Source: Lama guanicoe (Eukaryota). Taken from it: a stretch of DNA of 64,000 nt. The notes beneath the pieces are model-generated. The model ran no database searches and was not told the origin of the DNA. It saw only the letters and a list, made by a program, of their open reading frames with translations. Positions 27,663 to 38,725 of this stretch are shown one piece after another. Each line of letters opens with the position of its first letter. Positions within the stretch are counted from its first letter, which is position 1. The position numbers and the translations under genes are program-made. The stretch is from NCBI GenBank assembly GCA_013239625.1, contig MU056737.1, positions 4,543,846 to 4,607,845 of the forward strand. Reading direction: 5' to 3'.

Positions 27663-28537
27663 ACGCTCTTTCCTGTTTTATCGTATTTTCCAAGAATAAA
27701 AGGGACGCAGAGATTCAGCCCAGACCCTCCCCTGCATCATGGATGAAGATGTCGGCCCCTCCAGCTACACGGCCCTGTGCTTGGCGGCCGGCGCCCGAGG
27801 AATCAGGGCCTCAGGACCGCCATCTGCCCTCGGTGTCGCCCACGAAGCCGTCAGGCTGACACGTCAGCCTCTGAAAACAAATGTGGTTTAGAAACAGATC
27901 TTCTCGAGAGGTAATTCAGAGGTGATGCTTCGCCTCACAAAAGGAGGCACAGCTCTTAAGTCATGTCCTGGTCGCATGTTTAAGGCACGACATTGTAAAC
28001 TTACTATACCTCAATAAAAATATATTAAAAAAAAAACCCCAAAAACAACGAAGTTGACGACAGTTCCACAAAGTCAGTCGAACGAGGCCTCCTGTTTCCG
28101 GAGCGCTGCTCCGAGCCCGATCGGACGTGGCCCTGTTGCCTTGGAAACCGACAGGCTTATCGCTGGGGCTGTTTCCCTTCCCGTCTCCTCCTCCCGGCAA
28201 CGCTGGTCCTTCTGCAAACGCCGCGGGGCCGCCACCACGCACAGGGCCCTGCGCCCGGTGCGGCCTCGACTCGCTGAGGGAGGGGCCACGGTCACAGCCT
28301 CCCGGAGACCGCCCCCCACAGAGCACCTCCCCGTGCGCCCGGGGCTGCTGGTTTCCGGGGCACGAGACGCTTTCCGTGTGGAGAAGGCCCTGTTCTCCCA
28401 TAGTTTCATCAAAGGAAAACTGGTTTGTTTTTCCCAGTGATCCTTTCTGGTGGATCTACAGTTGGAGACAGCGACGCCGGGGAGGTTCCACGATGCATGG
28501 CACCTCTCAGGCCATCGAGTTCAACCCTCGCGGGGGC

Positions 28538-28625
28538 CCTCGCAGGAGGCACTGCTCCTAAGCCCATTTGGCAGATGAGAAAACAGAAGTCGAAGGGCTT
28601 GTCCCGGGACACGGACCCAGCGAGC
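28538..28625 (-). mobile_element. MIR SINE fragment
   Basis: cccatttggcagatgagaaaacaga is the reverse MIR core. Confidence 0.6.
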
Positions 28626-31071
28626 GGCTCAGCTTCCCAGCTTTGTCCCAAGTTCACAGGGCCCCAGAATCCGTGTGCCACCCCTAGACTGGCCCTCAGT
28701 GCCCTGGGCGGTGGCAGCTCTGATGCTGGTCAGTCTCCAGGGGAAGACATGGCTCCTGGGAGGGGCTCTGACAGCCCCACCAGCTCCCATGTTTCTCCTG
28801 AGCAGCCTCCTGGGAACACCTCCCCCAACCAGTTTCCTGCACCTGCCAACCCTCGTGGTCCCTGAGACCTCAGTGCCCCTGGCCTCAGGCAGCACGTGCT
28901 CCCTGGGCCATTTCTCCGCCTTGTCCCCCAGCCTGGATGCCTTGCCCGGGGTGGCTAAGTTCCTCAGCCTCCTCCCCCATGAAGACTGTCTGGATTAAAC
29001 GGGCTGGTCTCGGTGGCTTCATCATCCACCGCAGCCTGTGACCTCTCGTCAGCAGGGAGACCTTCCTGCCTCCTCCCAGGGGAAGGTGAGGCTGCTCACC
29101 CCCCAGGTGGAGCGTTTATTTCTAAAATTCTATGTGAGGGCTCCTAGCATTAAGTCACAGCACATACACTAAGGACACATTGCAGTGGACGGAGTGGCCG
29201 GGAGAGGGAGGGCGCTCGGGCCCCCCGCCCCACCCCCAACGGTCCTCCAGCGGGACGGGTCAATATTCCGCTTTTTACCTTCCTACGCCACTCATTCCTT
29301 CAGAAGTGCTTCTGTCCTTTCACTGGTGACTGGCCTCGGGGACAAGTGTCCTTCCCAGACAACTTGTGGGGGTCCCTTGCTTCCACCTGCTGTCCAGACG
29401 CAGGGAGCTTTGCCGCTGACTCCACCACATCTTCAGTTACGACGGAAGCAGCTGAACACCAGGAACAGCGGGTTCCTGGGATCGGCCTGGATCTCGCGTG
29501 ACTCACCGCCTGGTCTCTGAGTCCCCGGCACGCAGTTTGCGGGGGTCGTCATGCCAGCCTTCTGATAAACATAAACGTTTCCTCGTGGCGCCCGGATGAC
29601 TGACCACCGCAGACTGGTCTCCCTGTGGTCTTGGTGAGTCCTGAGGTCCCGGCACACGGTCCCCACCATCCACACACCAGTCACCAGAGAGCCAGGTCCC
29701 CGGATGGTGACTCTGGTCTAGTGAACGTGCCCCACGGCCTCTCCTGTGAGACTGGGCCGCAGCTCCAGAGCCTGAAGGATGGGTCCTTTCACCTGCTTTC
29801 TGTGGGTGAGAAGCTGTACAAACGGCCAGTGGGGTTCACATCTGCCATGTCTCCAGGTGTCTGGGTCCCAGAGGGGGATGATGCCCGGCACAAGGACAGG
29901 TGTGGGGCTGGGAGTTCGCCCAAACCTGCCATAAGGGGTCAAAGGGCAGAAAGCAGGACCCGGGACTGAGGGGCAGACGCTACCCATTGCAGGTCCCCTT
30001 GGCTTCCCGGCTCCAGCTGCCCACAGCCTGTGCCCTTGGAGTCGAGAAAGTACCTGGACGCCCACTTCAAATAAAGCACCGGTTAATCAGAAAGGCCCGA
30101 GTCCAGGGTCTGTGGTGGAGAGCTGGGGACGCTGACTGTGTGGGTCTCCAGGCTGGCCGGGTGGTGGACATGCGTCTGGACACATGATGGCGTCTGAGCT
30201 GGGCAGGGCGCTGTCATCTGGGCCCCCTCGCACCAGGCGTAGCAGCCACCCGGCCGGCTGAAGACTGAGTCAGCTCGCAGCCGGGGCAACTCAACTGAGA
30301 GGCAATCACCCGGCTTCCTTTCCATCTGCCTTTCACACATGAGCTCAAAACACAATTTTCTACCCCAAATACAATGTTTCCACATCCCACTTAGACTTGA
30401 GACATCATCAGACTGCGACTCAGGTGACTTGAAATCTGAAAACCTCACAGCACAGCAGAGGCTCTTGGAGTGAACCTCTAGCCAGCCCGCCTGGCAAGTG
30501 CATTTGCTGGTGCTGGTCCCCAGACGGTGTCTCACTAGGAGGCTGGACTTCTGGTCAAGGTTCTTTTTCCAAAAGGGACACATACCCAAATGTTCTCTGA
30601 AAGGTCAGCTCTAACGCAGCGTAACCATTATCCATCCAGGGAAGAGGCTCTCCGAGTTGCTGGCTCGGCGCACAGCAGGGTGTCAGCACATGTCTGTGCC
30701 TCGAGCTGTGAGCCGACTGCTCCGGGAACTGCAGGCACGGGACTCGGGACCCAGCCGCGCCCGCACCAGAGCCTGAGGAGCACCCTGTGAACTCAGCCCC
30801 GGGCGCCCTCCCACCGCGAGGCCGCGCGTGTGACCGGGAGGAAGCAGGCACAGACGAGTGGCCCGGCCAGCTGGACACCTCCACTTCCTCTTCATTTTGT
30901 CTTCATGCCCTCTGAGGCCAGCTGCTGCGTTCATCACTCTCCTCATGTCTGGTCCGAACCGGTCCGGCATCTGTGCCTCCCGGCCCAAGACTCAGACATC
31001 CCTGAAGCGAGTGCCTCGGCCCCCGAGGTCACCTCCAGGCTCTGCTTTTTGGTGAAAACGTGGACTCCTGG

Positions 31072-31401
31072 CTGCTCTGGGAGGAATGTCTGTGTTCCCT
31101 CAAATTGCTGTGTTGAATCCTAACCCCCAAGGTGGCAGTGTCAGGAGGCGATGAGGTCACAAGGTAGAGCCATGGTGACGGGGTGAGTGCCCTAGTAACA
31201 GATCCCACAGAGCTCCCTCGCCCCTTCCCCACGTGAGGACGCAGCAAGAAGCTGCCGGCTGTGGCCCAGAAGCGGCCCTCCGCCGGACACGGATCTGCGG
31301 GCCCTGGATCTCAGACTCCCGGCCTCCAGACGGTGAGAAGTGTCTGTAGCTGAGGCTGCCCAGTCAGAGGTGCCTGTCACCGCGGCCAGCGGGACCGAGA
31401 C
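31072..31401 (+). mobile_element. MaLR solo LTR (MLT1A-like)
   Basis: aatgtctgtgttccctcaaatt...gttgaatcctaacccccaaggtg...gtgaggacgcagcaagaag...gatctcagactcccggcctccagacggtgaga. Confidence 0.75.
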
Positions 31402-32327
31402 CCCGGCTTCTGTGGCCTAACTCCCCTTGTCCATGTTGTTATTAAATAAACAATCAAGGAAAGTCCCCACAAAAAATAAATGTTTAGCGCAGCAAAAACA
31501 TCTTGCAGGACCCACCCTGCACTGGGTTTTGGGAAGTTAACCGCAGAGGGAACCCCTCCCCGACGGGAACCCCGTCTCCAGGGGAGAGACAATGGCAAGG
31601 AACAGTGTGTCCACTGACAGTCACTGGACAGGACACCTGCGGCCGGGGAGGGGGAGGGTGGGGGAGGGGTGTCCACACGGCCTTCCGGACTTGCCAGCAA
31701 GAAGGGCTGAGATAGAACAAACGCCTTTCAACAAAACCTGGCCATCGAGGGGCACGTGCTGGGGGGCGGGGCCCCTGGGAGGTGGGGGAAGGAGGGGGTC
31801 ACTGGGGGGGCTTCCCACTGGGAGGCTTCTGCACCGTGGCCTCCAGAAGACGCTTACGGAGCCCCTGATCCGTCCCGTGTCACTTTTAATTAGAAGATGC
31901 CCGTGAGTGATGTGAATTCACCTGAGGGGGGCTGGGGGCAAAGACAGGACTGCTGCCTGCTGAGTCGGGCTGGGGGGAGCCATGCACACAGCAGGCACTA
32001 ACCGATGTGCACCCACCACCGGCACAGATAGCCAAGGTGTAACCCCGCACTGAGGGGTGTGCTCGGGTTCTGAGCAGAGCAGAGGGGACCCCAAGTGGCC
32101 AGTTCTCAGGTGCCCACTCGGGGGGACCTCGGTGCAGAGGGGCTTGGATGTGTGGCTGCCCTCCTCCTGCCCCTGAGCCACCTGTCAAGGTCAGGTTCCC
32201 CCCACCTTACATCTGCTGCCGCAGGAATCAGGGCGTGTGAGTGGGGTAGGGCCCCGCAAGCCTCTCCCTCCTGTCCCCCCGACAGAGACGGCCAAGCCCG
32301 TCCCAGCACAGAGGATGCGCGCCTCAC

Positions 32328-32522
32328 CAGGACCATGTGGCCGGTCGAGATGTCCATGTTGGGCTGCACAGGCTCCTCCGACCAGGACGAGGTGCTGCTC
32401 CGCGCAGAGGGGCTGGGCATCGGCCCGTCGCTGAACTGAGACGACACGCTGCTGACGCGGGACGTGTGCGGGGCCTCCGGGCGCTCGGACGTGCGCACGG
32501 CCATGCGCTGCCGGCACAGCTC
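32328..32522 (-). CDS. PTPRN2: PTPRN2 internal coding exon (probably exon 14), Ser-rich juxtamembrane cytoplasmic region; 195 nt, phase 0-0
   Basis: Acceptor ccctccctgtcttgcag|GAG and donor GTC CTG|gtgagg. Translates [65 protein letters not shown], an IA-2-family signature. In frame with the previous exon. Confidence 0.97.
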
Positions 32523-33677
32523 CTGCAAGACAGGGAGGGCGCGAGTGAGTGCCGGCGGGGGTCAGAGCTGGGTCCTGAGAGCCAAGGGGCTGGGGATTCA
32601 CCTGTGACCACACACACCTGCAGATACACACGCAGACAAATATGCTGGAGACACACATGCCACATGGTACACACAGGTACACATACACAGACACACAGGT
32701 TCAGAAGAAGGTGTGCTCTGACCCAGGTGCCCTCCTCCTGTATCAGAGTGTGGGCCACGGAGGGAGGCGAGGGGTTTTGCACGATGGACGGAAACACAGA
32801 CACTGGCACCAGAGTCGGGGGGTGTTCAGGGAAAACCCCTCTTTCTGTTCGTCTCCTTGTTCCCTAAACTCCGCCCAAGCCGACAGGACAAAGTGCATCT
32901 GTGGAGGATGGTGCCGGGCTGGCGGGAGACGCCCGCTCTGCTGGGCACACCGCCGGGCAGGGCTCGGGTGTCGGCGAGCTGAAGGCCCGGCCCCATGGAG
33001 AACCCCAGAGCCCCTCCGGGTCCCCGCGGAGTCTTGGGCCGCCTTGCACAGGGACGTTTAGCCAGCCCTCGTGGGAGGCCCGGCCGCGCCCTCGGCCCCG
33101 CACGGCTGCCAGACATGGGGCTCCGGCTGCCTCCCCGTCACCCCAGACCCAGCCGGATGCCCCCGACTCCGGAGCATCAGCGGTGATAGGAACATCTCAG
33201 CCTTCCGCTGGAGCCTCTGAATAAACCACACGGAGGGAAGTCTGTCAGAGTCTGAGCCCACGAGCTGCGCACGTGCCCAGGGGCCACCCCGCCTGCCCTC
33301 CGGCCCCAGGCGGCTGGGTCTCCGCACCCTCCGTGGGCTTCCCCTCTGTCACCCGGACTGCTGCTTTCCTCAGCACTGGAGGTCCCTGAGAAGCCACCGA
33401 GGGCGGGTGGCAAGGCCCCCGGAGCTCCCTGGGGACGCTGCGCTGGCCCCGGGGGCCTGTCCAGGTGGGAGGACGGCCTGGGTGCGTTGAGGGGGCTGCT
33501 GGGCACCACCAGACGTGAACCCCCTCCCCACTAGAGCGACTGGTCACAGGGACCAGTGTGGGTGCCTGCGGAGGACCGTGGAAAGGACAAGTGAAAATGG
33601 AAAAGGGCCAACGGTGAGGTGAGGTGGGGTCTCTGAAGAGAGCATCCCACCCCCCAATCCCTGCCCCCGTCCCTCCC

Positions 33678-33689
33678 NNNNNNNNNNNN
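33678..33689. other. Assembly gap
   Basis: N run. Confidence 0.99.
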
Positions 33690-36600
33690 CAGAATTACAC
33701 GTGGTTTCTAAACAACAAATTTGTTTGAAAAATCCACCCATGTTTTCCCAGAATCTCAAAAACACAGAGCCCCAGACACAAGGAGCCAAGTCCACCTCTC
33801 ACTTCCCACTAAGGCACACGGGACGTTGCTCGAATGGGGGAAACACACCAAAAACGTTTCTGCAGTAACGTCTACGGTTCAACACAGCTCACCCAGGACA
33901 GGTCTGACGGAGCTGAGGCCAAGGGAGCTCAGAGCACGTCCGCCGAGAGAGGGCTCCTCGGGGAAGAGGATCTGAGGTGCGAGGTCTCCTCCCCGAGAAA
34001 TGAAGCACCAGGCCCGCCCGGCGGCTGCCTGTGAAGCTGCTGGTGACCGCCCAGCCTGCATGCGGCCTTCCTGGCTCCCCGGGGGAGGCCAGGCTCTGTG
34101 AGAACTTGGGCGAGCCACTCCAGGTCCCCGAGCCTGCGTGTTCCCATTGAGAGGAGGAAGTAACAAAACGGTACAGAAGAAGGAAAGGATCTGTGCAGGT
34201 GGAGCTCCCAGCACGGTGCCTGCTGCCCCATCCCCTTCGTTGCCCAGAGCAACAGCGGAGGAGCTGCAGCGACGAAAGGAAGACAGTTCTCTGAACCAGA
34301 ATCGAGTCTCGGCAGCTTGGCGAGTTCAGAGATGTTTCTAGAGGAGACGCAGGATTTCAGAGCTGGCCGACTCAAACCTCCTCATCTGACAGGTGATCAG
34401 TGCCGGTTCAGAGGCGCAGCCAAGGCCACATCGGCGCCCGCTGGTCCCACCAGGGCTGGACCCAGGCCCCGCACCCTACCCGGTGCTACAGAGCCCTGAT
34501 TCTCCCTGTGGGTCTTCATTTTTTTTTTTTAAATAAAAGTGTTTTAAAAAGAAGGAAGCTGCAGTGAAGATCCAAGAAAAATCAGTTCCCCCCCACCCCC
34601 CAACAGCAAGGGAAACCCAGCCCTGGGCGCCTTGACTGGGGAGAGGGAGCCGGAGGCTGGGAGCCGCTGGGGACGGGTCTCCGTGGGGGGTGGTTCCTGA
34701 GCTGGCAGACCCACCACCTGCGGGGAACCCCGGGGGGTCAGGCCTCTCTCACTGCACGCTCTCACCTACTGGTGACAGTGGGTGCGTCTGCTAAGGTGGG
34801 CACTTGACTCTGAACTGACTGCTGACAGGTTCCCAGGAAATAAACAACGAGGGGGCAGGACCGTGCGAGGTGGCGAAGCCCGGGTCTCCCTGCAGGAGGG
34901 TCAGGCCGGTGGTGGGAACCCCGGGCTTGAAGCCACTGCCCGTGCGAGGGCCCGACCTGGTGCCAGTGGACGGAGGGAGGTGACACACCCGAGATGCAGC
35001 AGCTGCCGTGCAGCTGAGCTCCTGGGTCACCCGCCGAGGCGGCATTCCGGGCCCTTGAGGTCCTGCGCCCCATGACATGCATGACAAGTCCCCAAGGCTG
35101 TGTGGTGGAGAGTCCTCCTGGGTCCCAGAATCAGGGAACACCTGCTCCCCCAGAGGAGCTGTGGTGAGAACCGTCCCGTCTCTGTGACCTGGGTTCTTGC
35201 CCGGCTTCCAGGAGACTCACACCTACTCACACCCTGGAGTCAAGACGCTGGATTCCTAGAGCTGGCTGCAGCAGCCAGGGCTGTGTGGCCCCGGGCGAAC
35301 CACCTATCCTCTCTGTGCCTCAGACAGGAACCCGCAGCAACTGCATGGCTCCCCGGAGGACTGGATCACACCATGTGCTCAGAAGGAGCCTTCAGAGCTG
35401 AGCCTGCACACCCCAGGTGACGACCTCCTACCACCGTGAATCCACGCACCGTCCAGTTATTAGCATGTCCGACACTACGCTGGACTCCAGGAATGCTGGG
35501 GTGAATGAGACCGAGGTGGGGGGCCCGACCTGCTGGCGCTCACAGTCCAGACAGAGCTGAACGGTGACAAGGAGGCGTAAGGACATCTGCTGGGTGTTAG
35601 GACGGGAGCCCAGGTGGGTGGGGAGCCGCAGGCGGGAACCAGAGAGCTGAGGCTGGGTCACCGCTGAGGCCAGAGAAGAACTTCCCGGGGGTGGAGCCAC
35701 GGGGGGTGAGCAGGGGGACGTGGCTCCGTGTCACCCCGCTGGCAGCACCGCTGAGACCCAGCCCCCATCTGCAATCTGACCGCTCCTGGCAGTGTGACTC
35801 CGCCGTGCTGCCACACTGTCTGGAGGTGCAAGTCTGGCTGGAGGCCCTGCCGACGGGGACGTGGCCTCTTGTGTGCGTGCGGGCTGGAGCCCACCTGCAC
35901 TGATGGGCTGTGAACGTGGCGGAGAACTGCGCACCTGCAGCTGGCATCTCCCTGCTGAGGCAGCCTGGCTCGTGGCCGAGCTTTCCTGGGCCGACTGGAG
36001 GCAGTTCCCTCAGCCCACAGCTCGCTCGTCCACAGGGGTCTGCCTGCCACTTTCCGCGAGGCTGGGGTCCGAGCTCCACCCTGCGCAGGAGTGGGCACAG
36101 GGGGCCTCTACTCCATCTGCCACTCCTACCTCGTCTTTTGGACCTGAGGCTGGGTGGGAACAGTGCCTGGGCCACGGCACAAGGCCAAGCAATCGGGGAC
36201 TGTGGAGCCGGAGCGATGACAGCTGTGTGTGGGTCTCAGGTACTCTGAGGCTCACTGAGGTGTCTGATGGAATCCGGAGTCCGCCAGGCAGGGCTGGGAG
36301 AGCCAGGCTGCACACCCGCCGCAGGCAAACGCCCCCTCGGCTGCTTCCCTTAAGTTGACACAAGAAGCGCCGATCCACCGGCTTGTGACAGAGCCCGAGA
36401 TCACTCACAAGTGGTTTAGTGCGACACGCCCCAGTCTGATGGACAAGCCCACCAGGAGGGGACACGCCATCCCGCTGCCTGAGGAAGGGGCTCGGAACCC
36501 GCATGTCTTCAGCACCGCAGGGCTGATTCTGCGTGCCGTCCCTCCACGTCACTGAGGACCTGAGCCACGAGCTCTCACGCCTGCCACGGCCTCTCGGCCT

Positions 36601-38602
36601 CCTCCCCCACCTGCTGCACAGTCACAGGACCCGGCAGGTGTCCCCAGAGAGGCAGGCAGGAGCCAAGAGATGCAGAAATCTCCGGGGAATCACCACACGA
36701 CCTTTAGAACTGGTCCCTGAGGTTGATTATCCTTTGTAAATTATTAATAGAAATCCTATACGCTGTCCATTCTCTGTACTGCGACTTCAAAATTAAAAAC
36801 GTCTAAGGAAAAATGAGCTTCTTTTTAGAACAGAGGAAAACAATGCAGACAGTGCCTGATTTAGCAGTGCTCTGGCCGGGGTCAGGAGACGAGCTGACGG
36901 GGCCTGAAGCCCCTCGGCTCGGATTCACGGTTTTGTGGAAGCCTGTCAGTCCTGTGCGCTGCTGGTCCGAGCCCTTGGGAAGGGAAGCCCGTGCTCCCAC
37001 ACCCTCCCGCCCCCAGACCAGAAAGTGACCCCGCGGGGCCTCGGCCTGGAGCCGTGCTCCTCATTTGGAAGTGTCACCTGTGCCTAGAAAGGCGACCGCA
37101 GTCCACCCGGGGACAGATGACGGCACGCTCTCACTGACCCCTCTGGGGGAGAGAGACCCCGGGCTGGGCTCAAACATTTATTTAAAATGCAACTTCAAGT
37201 TCACAGCATTAGTTCTCATTGCAGGGCAAGGCTATGAGACCAGAGCACTCACCCGAGTTTATCGCCCTGCATTCGTTATCAAACCTGCAAGGGGGCCACG
37301 CAAGACCGGACAGGACCCCCACGCCGAGGACAAGCCGAGACCAGCCTCCTATGAGTGACGTTCTGTCGAGTGAGTTTGCAACACAGGGCTGTGACCATCC
37401 GTGGAGGGCGTTTAATTTGAGCAAAAGGTACCTGACAACAGCAAATACCCTGCAAAGCATGCTCTGAGGAAGACAGATACCAGCCCACTTCCGTTCTGAG
37501 CTCTTCCTGGTTTGGCAGGAAGGGCAGAATCTACACTCAGGATGCAGACCCCCTGGCTGAGGTCACGGAAACCCTGACCTGCGAACTAGAGGGGCCGGCC
37601 AAGGTGCAGACGCAGTCAAGCCGTGGTTCCCTCCAGCGGCACACACACCCTGAGCCCGGTGGAGGCTTCTGGCCAACGGTCTTCACTTTGCAGGACGAGA
37701 AGGTGCAGCACCTTCCAGCCCCTCCGTTAAAAAAGTCTTTTAAGGTGGTTGAGATGCCGGCTGACTCTGCTTTACTTGGAACAGTGACTGCTCCCGACCT
37801 AGGATGGCACCGCTGCAACAAACTGCCCCTGAGCACTTGGCCTGATGCCCTGGAGTTAGAAAGACAATTACGACTTTGTGCAGCAACCCAGGGACTCAGT
37901 GCCCAAGAGGCAATTAATTATGAAGGAAGGAAGAAGACAGACAGATTGAACCAGTGAATCTTCCAGTCATAGACCTTCATGTGGGGTCGACCAGCCGTCC
38001 ACGTAATTCGTCCCTAATGGTGCTTCCTTCCACGTCTGCAGAGCCACGGGTGCCGAGCACAAGAACCGCACCTTCGCAGACCTGGGGTGAGCCTCTCCCG
38101 GCACCGAGAGCTCCGCGGCCGGGAGCCGGCGCCCTCCTCCCAGATCTGTTTGTTTTCTCAAACCAGCGCAGGAAAGGAGAAGCCGGTGTGTGTGTCAATT
38201 AACAGAAAGTTGTTTTCTGGCAGCGAAAGCGGAGATCATGTACGCGGGGGTGGGGGGGCGTGCTGCTTTGGGTTTCAAGGCGTCCGTCTCTTCGGAGCTT
38301 CTGGACCCTCCCAGGAGCAGAGAAAATCACCAAGGGAAACAGACGCAAGCCATTCCAGCTCCGGGCGAGAGGGACGCTCACAGTGCAACGGGGCGGACGT
38401 GACCCTGGGCAAGCCCACAGCGGGACATCGACGCCTGTCCTCTCAGGAGGCAGGTCTTCCAGGGCCACCAGTGTCTCGGGAGGAGTCCCACGGAGGAAAG
38501 GAAGTCATCGGTGGTGGAGAAGGCAGAGCCAGGCCCGCTCTGTGCAGCTGGGTGTCGGGGGGCCCAGATTGCCCCAGTCAGAAGCGGCGCCTGGCCGCTC
38601 GC

Positions 38603-38725
38603 GAGCTGCGTGACCCTGGACAGGCTGCCCGAGTCTCTGTGCCTCAGTCTGTCACCGGCGAAGTGGGTGTAACAGTGGAGCGGCTGCGCTGAGCTGCTGG
38701 GAGGATCCTAAGAGTGAACGGGTGA
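38603..38725 (+). mobile_element. MIR SINE fragment, GC-shifted
   Basis: gctgcgtgaccctggacagg...tctctgtgcctcagtctgtc...gctgctgggaggat. Confidence 0.55.

Larger units (their letters stand above)
4812..32327 (-). other. PTPRN2: PTPRN2 intron, 27,516 nt (GT-AG)
   Basis: Bounded by the donor and acceptor of the flanking exons, which join in frame (MVL|AYM). Confidence 0.93.

Noticed and set aside
32337-32867. Plus-strand ORFs overlapping the PTPRN2 exons (also 4608-5108)
   Set aside because: They are antisense shadows of high-GC3 coding exons with no independent evidence.
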